DNA of 64,000 bases from Lingula anatina (taxonomy: Eukaryota; Animalia; Brachiopoda), in the NCBI GenBank assembly GCA_051362555.1, contig CM120640.1:43502788-43566787 (forward strand), read 5' to 3'. The position numbers and the translations under genes are program-made. Shown piece after piece: positions 1 through 10,247 of this stretch (positions are counted from its first letter, which is position 1; every line of letters starts with the position of its first letter). The notes beneath the pieces are model-generated. The model worked only from the letters and a program-made list of their open reading frames with translations, was not told where the DNA came from and did not search any database.

Positions 1-896
1 ATTCTTTGTAGAGATAAGATGATTGCCCACTTCTCTGATAAAGTCATCATCAAGAGAGTTAGTCTGACTGCTGCCTGAATCACAATAGCTTACGGTAGTT
101 CTCTGGTGGGCTACCTGTATGAGGGACAGTCTATAAGACTTTATTTCTCAGTCACAGAAGGGTTTGCAAGGTAGGTGTTTCAATTCAAAGTTAAGATATT
201 ACTAGTAGAAAAAAAACAAGTTCAAAATAAGAGATGATATAGGAGCAGATTGAAAAATGTGACAGGTGAGTGAGTCGAGACATCTGATTGGTACACTTGA
301 TATGGCAGTTGGTTCTTTTGGAGATTTGTTAGAGCAGATTTTCTGATATTATGAACTTGGTCAACTTGAAAAAATGTTTTAACAATTTTACACTGACATG
401 TAGAATGTGAACTAGGCCATTCACAATTTCTTTTTTTATTTGTCTTTATTTTTGAAATGTATAAATATTTATTGACTTTGCAAAGCTTGTGAGGGTTTAA
501 ACAAATGACTTTTCTCCCTTAAAGCTTAAATTGTTTCATGAAAAAGTTCAGCAGTGGGTTTCACTAAGAAAATTGCAAATTCATACTTTAACAGCATAAC
601 TGATTACATCTCTATTGGGTGGGTGTAAGATGCCAGGATTATGGACGTAAAGGTCAACCTCTTTTTTTTAAGTGTAAGTTTGTCTATGGATGATTATCAA
701 TCCACAATCTTAGGTACATGCCCAACGTGTTTAATACAACTTGTCTCTGATGTGAAAGATAAAGCTAGAATAAACCAAGGAAGAGAAATACTTTTTTGTC
801 CTTTCAAGCACTATATCAGGAAGCATTATGCAATTTTTAAAATGATTTCACATAAAATAGAAAGCAGTCTATTCAGTACAGTTTGCAAAAATGGTT

Positions 897-899
<3 letters not shown>

Positions 900-978
<79 letters not shown>
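900..978. repeat. (CA)n microsatellite, ~39 units
   Basis: Perfect dinucleotide run visible in the sequence; it produces the spurious HTHT stretch in ORF 641..1012. Confidence 0.98.
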
Positions 979-981
<3 letters not shown>

Positions 982-1467
982 AAGAGTGCAGACCAGGACA
1001 CCTCTATTCTAAATATCTGATATTTAAAGTTAGGTCATCTTTGATCTATCCTGCAAATTCTGTATAAGTCCATTCTTCTTGTTCTTTTTTTTAAAGTAAG
1101 GCCACTAATTAACATACCAACAAAAAATAACTTACTGTTATAATTTCTAATATTATTAAAGCTTAGGAAAGCACTGAAGAATTGAGTAAGATACTGTAGT
1201 AATAGGCTTTTTTGCATTAAAACTTTGTAACCAAAAGCCACATATTTATTCAAGCGTTATATGCATTACAAATCTTTTTGTAAAATTGACAAAATCTATA
1301 TTGTGATATTTTGCATTACTCTTCCCAAATCAACATCTTCCATCTTCTTTAATCATTTTGACTTGGCCCAAGTGTTTACTTGCATAGTGCCACACTAGTT
1401 AATTATCTAGTTATATATCTATATATAAATATATAATTTCAGAATACTCCTCACAGTAATTCAGAGA

Positions 1468-4400
1468 ATGCAGAGTGCCATACCTTCAGGCTGTGTGTTA
1501 CACAGACTGATATTCTTTACCACACTAGTGTTGTCTGCCACCGGTCAGTTTGGAGGTCCAGTCCGACAACAACAGCCACCCCCTGGACCCCCTCCACTAC
1601 AGCAATGTCCATTTGCCTCGGCCTGTGACTGCCGCGTGGGGCCCCCCAGCAACATGGGGCGTGTGTGGGAAGTGGTGTGTGGAGAAAGAAACATCGGACC
1701 GAACGTTCCAGAGTTTACAGAGGACCCGGAGTTGATTCCAGACGCCAAGCAGGTGAACCTGACTTACAACAGTATAGCTGTGATTCAGAACAATGCTTTC
1801 AGCAAACTGGTAAGCAACGGGGCAACATGGTTCCTCCAGGTATTTTTAGAATATAACCAAATTGATAAAATTGAAGATGATGCATTTGCTGGGGCAGAAA
1901 GTTCCATAACTGTTCTTAGCTTAGCACATAACCGACTAACAACCATTCCTCCTGCCATCACTAAACTTAAAGGCTTGATCACACTTAACCTGCAAGATAA
2001 TATGATTACTTCTGTCCCTGCTTTTTCATTCAGTGGCTTTGAAAGGTTGTCTTATTTATGGCTAGACAGAAATCAAATTAATTCCCTTGCTGCCAACGCC
2101 TTCTCTGGTCTCACTGGTGAACAGGTCACTCTGGGTCAAAATCAATTGTCAGCTGAAGGTATCAACCCTAGTGCCTTCACTGGTGCAGTCAGAGTCACTT
2201 TTCTTTCTTTTGGAGAAAACAAACTCAGCACCATCCCTACACCTATTTTCAAAGATACTCCAGGATTAGTGTACCTCAACTTGTCTGGAAATGCCCTGGC
2301 TACTATCCCTCCTCAGTCTTTTCAACAGCTGGCTGCTCTGCAATACCTGTACTTATCTGATAACCAGTTGTCCTCCCTCAGCAAGGAGTCTTTCTTTGGT
2401 CCACAGCAAACTCTAGGCTGGGTCACCCTCCAAGGTAACCAGTTGACTGAAATTCCCCAAGAAGCTCTGAGTTCCCTCCCAAACTTAAAGACTATCACTC
2501 TAGACAACAACAAAATTACCAAGGTGGACTTTTCAACACCATTTGCAAGCAGAGGCCTTGAAGTGGTTTCACTGTCTGATAATAATTTGCAAACAATCCC
2601 TGAAAATGCTTTCAATGGTCTACAGGGTGTACAAAATTTGATGTGGGTTTACTTGAATAATGCCAGCCTGACTAACATCCATCCCAATGCATTTGGTCCT
2701 ATCAAACCTTTGGTTGCTAGGCTCTACATTTCAGAGAACCAACTGACAGAAGCTGCCCTCCCAGCCTTCTTCAACTTTCCCAATTTGGTCTTTATGGATA
2801 TTGCAAATAACAGTATCAGTCAAATCCCCCAAGGAACTTTCCAGAATATCAGAACTTTAGAATGGCTGTCTCTGGCTAACAACAAGCTGTCTTCCCTATC
2901 CCCTGACGCATTTGTAGGTCTGGAACAGACTCTCCTTTTCCTTCATGTGAGTGGTAATCAACTGAGTACTATTGATGGTAGAATGCTATGGAATTTCCGT
3001 AATTTGAGGGTGTTCAACTACAACAACAACCCCTTGGTGTGTAATTGCTCCCTGCTGTGGATGAGAGAGGTACCTTTTGGATCCGAGCCTGCTTTCTGTG
3101 CTGAGCCTGCTGATTATAGGGGTACAGCAGTGGTGGCTTTCCCAGCTGATTCAGCCAGCTGCCTCCAACAGCAGCAGCCCACACAACCAGTCCAGGGGGG
3201 TCTCCCTGTAGAGCAAGGTGATGGCAACCAGTTCCCCACTGGGCAACAACCCCCAGCCGAACAGCCACCCCCTCAGCAACAACTCTGCCCCTTCCAAGAA
3301 AAATGTAACTGCGCCTATTTACAAGTGGGTCAAGGTTTCTGGTCTGTACAGTGTGTGAATGCTGAATTTGGTACCAATCAGGTTCCTCAGTTTAACCCTG
3401 TTGATATGCTGGGTAAAGAGGTGGTCCTGGATAACAATGGGATCGAAGTGGTTCAGGATGCTGCTTTTGTGAATCTTGCTGGAACAACAATTTTGTCTAT
3501 CAGAGGTAATAATGTGAAGTCAGTTGGAGCAAAAGCCTTTGTTGGGTTAGAGCCTACCTTGCGGGTACTACACATAATGTATGGTGGCCTAACAACTTTC
3601 CCTATGAATGCTATAAAAAATCTGACAGGTTTGGCTGATTTAAGTTTGGCTTATAACAATATCACATCTATACCTTCACTTGCTTTCCAAAATTTTCCAA
3701 ATTTGATTTCTCTTGACCTTTCCTTTAATGACATAACAACTATTGATCAGTTTACCTTCACCCAATTTGGTGTCCCTGCCCCAGCTCCACAAAGAGGAGC
3801 ACCCCCTCCAATTCCAAATGTGATCAGACTTTCTGGAAACAAAATTAAGACCATAAGTCCCGAGGCCTTCCAAAATGTAAAATCCACACTCGTTGAGGTC
3901 CACCTTGATTCCAACAATCTAACCCAAGTCCCCACGCAAGCCCTCCGTTATTTGCCAGGTATGGTTCTACTTAACTTGGGTGGCAATGAGATCACATCCA
4001 TTCCCTCTGGTGCTTTCCAACCTCTTCAGAATCTGAGAACTCTTGTTTTAAGCGGGAATAACATTGCCAGAATTGATGCCCCTGATGCTTTCATGGGTCC
4101 CCACCTTGCTCTGTCTGAGCTCAGAATGGACAACATGGGGTTGACGTCCATCCCTGCCCAGGCACTCTCCACTCTGGCTTCCATCAGGGCTCTTTCTATG
4201 GATAGAAATAAAATTGTAGAGGTTGCTTTCCCAGCTCGTATGGAATCTCCAACTGTTCAGTTTCTGTCCCTTGCTTCAAATGAAATTTCCTCTATTCCAA
4301 CCAATGCTTTCCAAGGTCTTGCTAATAATCAAGCCCCAATCGAGCTGGTTTTGACCAATAATAAAATTCAGAATATTGGTGCCGATGCTTTCCAGAGCAT

Positions 4401-7400
4401 CCGTCTGCAGTTGGTGTCCTTGTCTCTTGCTGTCAATGAGTTGACAGATCAATCACTGGGTTCTTTGAATGGTTTAGAAAATCTTATGGCTTTGGTGTTG
4501 ACCAATAACAGTTTGACTGAAATTCCAGCTGATTCGTTTAAAACAAACAGCAAAATGAGAATCCTAAGACTGACTGGTAACAAACTCAGGTCTCTCTCTC
4601 CTCAGGCTTTTAATGGGCTCCAATTTTCTCTGGAAGAGCTGCACTTTGACTATAATGAACTGACCACCCTGGATTACTGCACCTTCAGGTCCCTGCCTGA
4701 ACTTAAGGCAGTATCTTACAATAACAACCCCTGGAAGTGTGACTGTGCCATGGCTTGGGTGAGGAACACCCGTTATCAAATCACTGCCCCGGCCACTTGT
4801 CTCCAGCCGGTCAGCATGAGAACATCAACAATATGGGACTATCCTATTGACCAGTGTCCAGAGACCCTCCCTGATTGTGACAGCACTGATACAGTGGTCA
4901 TGCCCACCTCCCCTCCTCAGCCCCAGTGTCCATTTACTGACCAATGTAACTGTCAGTTCCAGAATCCACTGTGGACTATTTTGTGTGTTGACAAACCTCT
5001 AGGTGAGACAGTGTTGCAATTTAATCAGGTAGATAATTATGGGAAAGTCTTGTATCTTATCAACAGTGGTACCACAACCCTCCAGAACAATGCCTTTGTC
5101 AGCCTTGTTGGAATGAGAGGTCTGTTAATTGATCGTAACAACATTAAGTCCATTGAAACCTATGCATTTAGAGGTTTGGAGCAGACTTTGGGAGATCTGA
5201 GAATAATGAATTCTAGTTTGGAAGAAATTCCTTTGAGGGCCATGGAAAATCTCACCTTGCTCTTCAACATTGATTTTAGATTCAACAAAATTGGTGCTAT
5301 CCCTCCCTATGCCTTTGCACGTTTCCCCTTCCTGAGAACCTTAGATCTGACTGGCAACTCCATCCATGTTATTGGGCCCCTGGCTTTTGCTAGGTTTGGT
5401 AACCCAGAGGGAATGGTGACCACAGAGATCAAGCTGATTGATAATCAAATGTACAAAATGGAAGAAAATGCATTCACAGAGGCTGTCAGTGGCTCCTTCA
5501 CTCTTAATCTGGAAAGAAACAATTTCACAGAAGTCCCCTCCTCTGTTTTCAAGGACGCCCGAGGTCTTACCCTTTTGAATCTTGCTGGGAATCGTATCAA
5601 GGCAATTGGTCCTAGAGCATTTTTAAATCTTGTGAAATTAGATTCTCTCTTGCTGTCAGGGAATGGTATTGGTAGTATTGATGATGAGGCATTCTTGGGC
5701 ATTGATCACTCATTAAGAGTCCTTGTTATAGATGGTAATAACCTGGATAAAATGCCAACTAAGGCAATTGCTTCACTTCAGAATATTCAGGCTTTAGACC
5801 TTCAAAACAACAGGATTACTGAAGTAGATTTCTCAGAGCCTATGCTTGGCAACCTCCTAAGCTTTGTTGCACTGTCTCTAAATCCTATCAGAAGTATTAA
5901 TCAGAATGCTTTCATTGGTCTGTCAAATGTGCAATCTCAATTCCTGGAAATTCACTTAGCTAACAGTCAACTTTATCAAATCCACAGAGATGCCTTTGCT
6001 CCTATCAAAACTGTTCTCACAAAACTGAACCTGATCATGAACCAATTGACTGACAGCAGTCTTGGATTTCTGCATGATTTGCCAAAGCTATTCTCTCTCC
6101 ATATGTCCAATAACTCCCTTCATGACATCCCACCAGCAACATTTGCTGGAACACCAAACATAATGGAGCTTGTGCTGGAAAACAATCACATTAAAGAGGT
6201 GACTCAGGGTATGCTGTATGGTCTGGGTGAGCCTCTGGGAGCACTTCTACTTGCTGGTAATGAGATAGAGTCCATAGAACAGTGTGCGTTGGACCACCTG
6301 CCAAACCTTGCTACCCTAACCCTCCACAGTAATCCCTGGAAGTGTGACTGCAGTGTAGCCTGGATGAGAGTTCGTGGTTTTGAGCCTCTGCTGATTCCAG
6401 CATTCTGTGCCACCCCAGCCCAATTTGAAAACACTACTCTTTTGACCTTCCCCATTAATAACTGTGGCCTGACTCAGCCCCTCCCAGCCTGCCCTGACAT
6501 GACCTCCCCAGTGACCTCAGCTACCACCCCTGGGTATGTGGGACCCACCACCACCCTCCTCATCCCCCCTGGGGCCTGTCTTTACAACCCTGGCTGTGAC
6601 TGCCCCGCTCCTGAAGGCAGTGGTGCCTGGGCCATTACCTGTCCAATATCCATAGACATGAGGGTGCCTCATTTCAACTTTGTAGATGAGAAGGTGAAAT
6701 ACATTCATCTTGAGTCATCAGAACTCAGTGAAATTCAAGACTTTGCCTTCACCAATACCCCCAATATTTTCCTCCTCAATGTTACTGGTGCTGATATTCA
6801 TAACATAGGTAGATATGCTTTCTCTGGCATGGAGCAATCTCTTCAATGGCTGTACATTACAGAAAGTAGCTTAGAGGCTATCCCCATTGAACCCTTGGAA
6901 AACCTCACTTCTCTGACTTACATGATTTTGAAAAAGAACAAGATCAGCTACATCCCACCCAATGCATTCATACGTCTGGGCTCTCTCTCAGTCCTCGACT
7001 TGTCTGAAAACAAAATCACCACCATTGGACCTTATGCCTTCTCTGGATTTGGAAATATGGTCGTTAATCCAAACTATAACTTCCATGCCATCAATCTCAC
7101 CAGTAACCTGATCAGCAGTTTTGATAAGACTTCACTGACCGATGTCCGAGGTAGCTCTCTGTGGCTTTATTTGGATCACAATGAACTGTACACTTTCCCT
7201 ACTCTGGCTCTCAGCATGCTTAAAAATAACATCAGTGGTCTTTTCATGAATCATAACAAACTAACCTCAGTGCCTGCAGGTGCTGTCCAATCTCTCAGCA
7301 ATCTCTACAGTCTTGGACTTACTGGAAACCAGATCAGTTCAGTTCACCCCGAGGCTCTTGCAGGACCCTCCTCTACACTATTTTATGTTGGTCTAGATCA

Positions 7401-8739
7401 GAATGAATTGACTGAAATGCCACTGGAATCTCTCCAATCTCTCTCTAATCTTGGCCAGTTCACTTTTGCTGATAACAAACTAACATCTCCCAAGATCACC
7501 ACCAAACTGAACTCTGATAAACTAACATCTATTGACTTGTCTGGTAATGACTTTGAGACTATCCCAGCAAATGCATTTGAAGGTTTAAATCCTAATGTAC
7601 AAATGAAGGAACTCCGACTTTCAAATTCTAACATCAGAACTATTGAAGAAAATGCCTTCAGTCCTTTAGAAAGCAAAATTGATGCAGTTTATCTAGATAG
7701 TAATAACCTGGATGAAAAATCCCTTGTTGCCATTGGTGCTTTAAGCAGTCTGAAAAAACTGAATCTCAGTGAGAACAACATTGAAACCATCCCTGCTGGC
7801 AGTTTTGAGAACACCCCCATGCTGGACGAGCTTCTCCTCAGCAGCAACAACATTGAGTCTCTCCCTGTAGGAGCTCTGGAAGGACTGGAAGAGTCGCTGA
7901 CACACCTGGCCATTGATGGGAATAACATGGGAACCTTAAGTGAGTGTATACTTAAAGATTTTGACATGCTCAGCTCAGAGGAAGCTGTTCTGACTGCCCA
8001 CAACAACCCCTGGGTATGTGACTGTGACATGGCCTGGTTCAGAAGGTCAAAGTTCATCACTCCTGAGATGCCAGACTGCAGCCTGCCTGCAGTATACAGA
8101 GATAATACCATTGGTGATTTCCCTATTGATTCCTGTCCTAACACTCCCATAGACTGTACCAGTACAACCACTACTTCTACAACAGCTTCTACAACAAAGT
8201 CCACAACAGAATCAAGTACACTGTCCACTACCACAGAGTCCACTACAGTGACCACAACAGAGGCTACTACTGTAACTACTACTACTAAGACCACAGTACC
8301 TTCCAGTACAGTATCCAGCACTGAGGCCAAGACCAGTACAACCTCCAGTACTGCTACACAGGCCAAATCAACCATGGCAAGCACCAGCAGCAGCGACATG
8401 GCTGCAACTAAAAAACCAGCCACTACAACTTCTAGTACAACTTCAGAGAAGACCACCTCTAAAACCAGTGCCCCTCAGACTACCACATCTTTGTCTGGGG
8501 AAGCTGGAAATATTGGCAAACAAGAAGGTAATGAAGGAGGACTCTCGCAAGATACATTACTCATCATCATTGCTGCATCAGTAGTGGTTGTTGTTCTTAT
8601 TGTCATTATCATCATAGTTGTGGTTTGTGTGAAGAAGAAAAAGGAAGGTGCCCCCAAGCCAGAGGCCAGTAATGGACATACAAATGGTGGCTATGTCAAT
8701 GGTAACGGACACACGGGAACAGAAATGGCAGACATGTAG
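1468..8739 (+). CDS. Giant single-coding-exon type-I membrane leucine-rich-repeat protein (2423 aa): signal peptide, 4 x [LRRNT - 18 LRR - LRRCT], Thr/Ser mucin stalk, TM helix, ~35-aa tail; chaoptin/Slit/ALS-like extracellular LRRs
   Basis: Uninterrupted 7.27-kb ORF. N-terminal hydrophobic signal (LIFFTTLVLSATG|Q). Four Cys N-caps (CPFASACDC at nt 1606, CPFQEKCNC 3286, CPFTDQCNC 4927, CLYNPGCDC 6577) and four NP(L/W)xCxCxxxW C-caps. LxxLxLxxNxL/I repeats. T/S-rich stalk ~8158-8490. TM segment LLIIIAASVVVVVLIVIIIIVVVCV followed by KKKK. Likely splice acceptor tttcag ending at 1442, suggesting a non-coding upstream exon. Confidence 0.95.
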   Translation: MQSAIPSGCVLHRLIFFTTLVLSATGQFGGPVRQQQPPPGPPPLQQCPFASACDCRVGPPSNMGRVWEVVCGERNIGPNVPEFTEDPELIPDAKQVNLTYNSIAVIQNNAFSKLVSNGATWFLQVFLEYNQIDKIEDDAFAGAESSITVLSLAHNRLTTIPPAITKLKGLITLNLQDNMITSVPAFSFSGFERLSYLWLDRNQINSLAANAFSGLTGEQVTLGQNQLSAEGINPSAFTGAVRVTFLSFGENKLSTIPTPIFKDTPGLVYLNLSGNALATIPPQSFQQLAALQYLYLSDNQLSSLSKESFFGPQQTLGWVTLQGNQLTEIPQEALSSLPNLKTITLDNNKITKVDFSTPFASRGLEVVSLSDNNLQTIPENAFNGLQGVQNLMWVYLNNASLTNIHPNAFGPIKPLVARLYISENQLTEAALPAFFNFPNLVFMDIANNSISQIPQGTFQNIRTLEWLSLANNKLSSLSPDAFVGLEQTLLFLHVSGNQLSTIDGRMLWNFRNLRVFNYNNNPLVCNCSLLWMREVPFGSEPAFCAEPADYRGTAVVAFPADSASCLQQQQPTQPVQGGLPVEQGDGNQFPTGQQPPAEQPPPQQQLCPFQEKCNCAYLQVGQGFWSVQCVNAEFGTNQVPQFNPVDMLGKEVVLDNNGIEVVQDAAFVNLAGTTILSIRGNNVKSVGAKAFVGLEPTLRVLHIMYGGLTTFPMNAIKNLTGLADLSLAYNNITSIPSLAFQNFPNLISLDLSFNDITTIDQFTFTQFGVPAPAPQRGAPPPIPNVIRLSGNKIKTISPEAFQNVKSTLVEVHLDSNNLTQVPTQALRYLPGMVLLNLGGNEITSIPSGAFQPLQNLRTLVLSGNNIARIDAPDAFMGPHLALSELRMDNMGLTSIPAQALSTLASIRALSMDRNKIVEVAFPARMESPTVQFLSLASNEISSIPTNAFQGLANNQAPIELVLTNNKIQNIGADAFQSIRLQLVSLSLAVNELTDQSLGSLNGLENLMALVLTNNSLTEIPADSFKTNSKMRILRLTGNKLRSLSPQAFNGLQFSLEELHFDYNELTTLDYCTFRSLPELKAVSYNNNPWKCDCAMAWVRNTRYQITAPATCLQPVSMRTSTIWDYPIDQCPETLPDCDSTDTVVMPTSPPQPQCPFTDQCNCQFQNPLWTILCVDKPLGETVLQFNQVDNYGKVLYLINSGTTTLQNNAFVSLVGMRGLLIDRNNIKSIETYAFRGLEQTLGDLRIMNSSLEEIPLRAMENLTLLFNIDFRFNKIGAIPPYAFARFPFLRTLDLTGNSIHVIGPLAFARFGNPEGMVTTEIKLIDNQMYKMEENAFTEAVSGSFTLNLERNNFTEVPSSVFKDARGLTLLNLAGNRIKAIGPRAFLNLVKLDSLLLSGNGIGSIDDEAFLGIDHSLRVLVIDGNNLDKMPTKAIASLQNIQALDLQNNRITEVDFSEPMLGNLLSFVALSLNPIRSINQNAFIGLSNVQSQFLEIHLANSQLYQIHRDAFAPIKTVLTKLNLIMNQLTDSSLGFLHDLPKLFSLHMSNNSLHDIPPATFAGTPNIMELVLENNHIKEVTQGMLYGLGEPLGALLLAGNEIESIEQCALDHLPNLATLTLHSNPWKCDCSVAWMRVRGFEPLLIPAFCATPAQFENTTLLTFPINNCGLTQPLPACPDMTSPVTSATTPGYVGPTTTLLIPPGACLYNPGCDCPAPEGSGAWAITCPISIDMRVPHFNFVDEKVKYIHLESSELSEIQDFAFTNTPNIFLLNVTGADIHNIGRYAFSGMEQSLQWLYITESSLEAIPIEPLENLTSLTYMILKKNKISYIPPNAFIRLGSLSVLDLSENKITTIGPYAFSGFGNMVVNPNYNFHAINLTSNLISSFDKTSLTDVRGSSLWLYLDHNELYTFPTLALSMLKNNISGLFMNHNKLTSVPAGAVQSLSNLYSLGLTGNQISSVHPEALAGPSSTLFYVGLDQNELTEMPLESLQSLSNLGQFTFADNKLTSPKITTKLNSDKLTSIDLSGNDFETIPANAFEGLNPNVQMKELRLSNSNIRTIEENAFSPLESKIDAVYLDSNNLDEKSLVAIGALSSLKKLNLSENNIETIPAGSFENTPMLDELLLSSNNIESLPVGALEGLEESLTHLAIDGNNMGTLSECILKDFDMLSSEEAVLTAHNNPWVCDCDMAWFRRSKFITPEMPDCSLPAVYRDNTIGDFPIDSCPNTPIDCTSTTTTSTTASTTKSTTESSTLSTTTESTTVTTTEATTVTTTTKTTVPSSTVSSTEAKTSTTSSTATQAKSTMASTSSSDMAATKKPATTTSSTTSEKTTSKTSAPQTTTSLSGEAGNIGKQEGNEGGLSQDTLLIIIAASVVVVVLIVIIIIVVVCVKKKKEGAPKPEASNGHTNGGYVNGNGHTGTEMADM

Positions 8740-10247
8740 ACATAATGAACTTTATGTGAAACAAAACCCCCAAATGTGTAGACTATACAACATGAAATGT
8801 TGCCTAAAATATAGACATGAATAAGACAATAGAATGGCTTCTGCATTCATAAAAAAGTCTATATTGTAATTTAATGTTTAGCACTACATAATACATGAGA
8901 CTCAATGTCCATGTCTTAATCCAATAAGCTTTATATTATTTTCAAGCTTTAAAAAGATATTTTAAATAAGTATTTTTTGTTCCCCAGGAAGGACATGCAT
9001 TGTCAAGTTGTCTTTATCATTTATAATAAATAGACACTACTCTGACATGTTATAGAACCATTAAGATTAAATTTGATGGAAAAAAGACACACAAATTAAC
9101 ATAATTGTGCAATCAACAGGTTTCCCACAGGAAATCTCTCCATACATATTTATGTGTTCTAATGTCTATCTTATGTAAATAATAATTAGTACAGTTTATC
9201 AAGGATAGTTTCTGCACTTATAATAATGTAAATATATGCACTTCATTTGATACATGACTCACATGATGATGTAATTCAATGTATATAGATCGTAAGACCA
9301 CACTCAAATGTCATATATTGTGAATACTGTAGAGTAGAGAAATAGTTACTTTATGGTAGTAAGTCAAATTATTAATCATCAAAATAAAAAAATGCCAAAA
9401 TGCCTACTAAGTGCAATTTAAAACTTCTCTCTCTAATACAGAGTTGATGAAGTACTCAGAACAAGGTTGTAAACATGAGTATCACTCAGTTAAATTTATG
9501 AATTTAAATAATTGTGATTATATATTTTTTCTTAAATAAAAAAAACTGTCAATAAAGTTATATGGACTTGTTTTTTCATGAAAATAAGAAATGGAAGAAA
9601 GAATGAAGGTGGGGGAAGGAAAGGGGGAGGGATAAAGACAAAATTTCATAAAAAAAGATGGGGAAAATATAAGAAAAAAAAAAAACTTCAAAATTTCCAC
9701 TTGGGAAAATGGTTCATAACAGATGAAAGAAATAAGAGAAACAAGATCAAATGCGAATCATACAGGGAAACATAGCCCTCACTTATAATGAGATAGTACT
9801 CCATTTGAAAATGCCATGATTTACTGCTATCAATACTTAATCTATTTAACATTATATTTACTGCAAGGAGGAAGGGAGGATGGAGATGTCACTGGTGATA
9901 GGATTGGCTGTAATATGAGCTTGTGCTGTCAACCATATAAAGCCAAGATAGGACAGTAATAATAAGTAGGGTCTTCAATTATGGTTATAACACTTATTCA
10001 AATGATACAGACTGTGGCACCACAGGTCGCTTGGTTATAAAATGAAATAATGAAGTTCTCCACTCTATTTCTATGAAATGAACGATAAAATAAATATCAC
10101 AAACAAAAATAGATTTTCAAAAATAAAATGATTGGGTGAAAAAATTGATAGGGTCCACATCTAGAATATCTCTCATACAAAACATTTGCTGCTTTCATAG
10201 ATAATCTAATATTTGTTTTAATCTTTAAAGATCAAAGGAATTCCTAC

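Noticed and set aside
1-74. Open minus-strand frames after an attcag acceptor, possibly the next USP24 exon
   Set aside because: Neither open frame resembles the expected FP(W)...MEPY sequence, and the segment is too short to judge at the window edge.
641-1012. 123-aa ORF with HTHT repeat
   Set aside because: Reading frame kept open by the (CA)n microsatellite; no coding features.
7689-8456. 255-aa Val-rich antisense ORF
   Set aside because: Shadow of the Thr/Ser-rich stalk codons of the LRR gene; the other small ORFs within 1545-8657 are likewise shadows.
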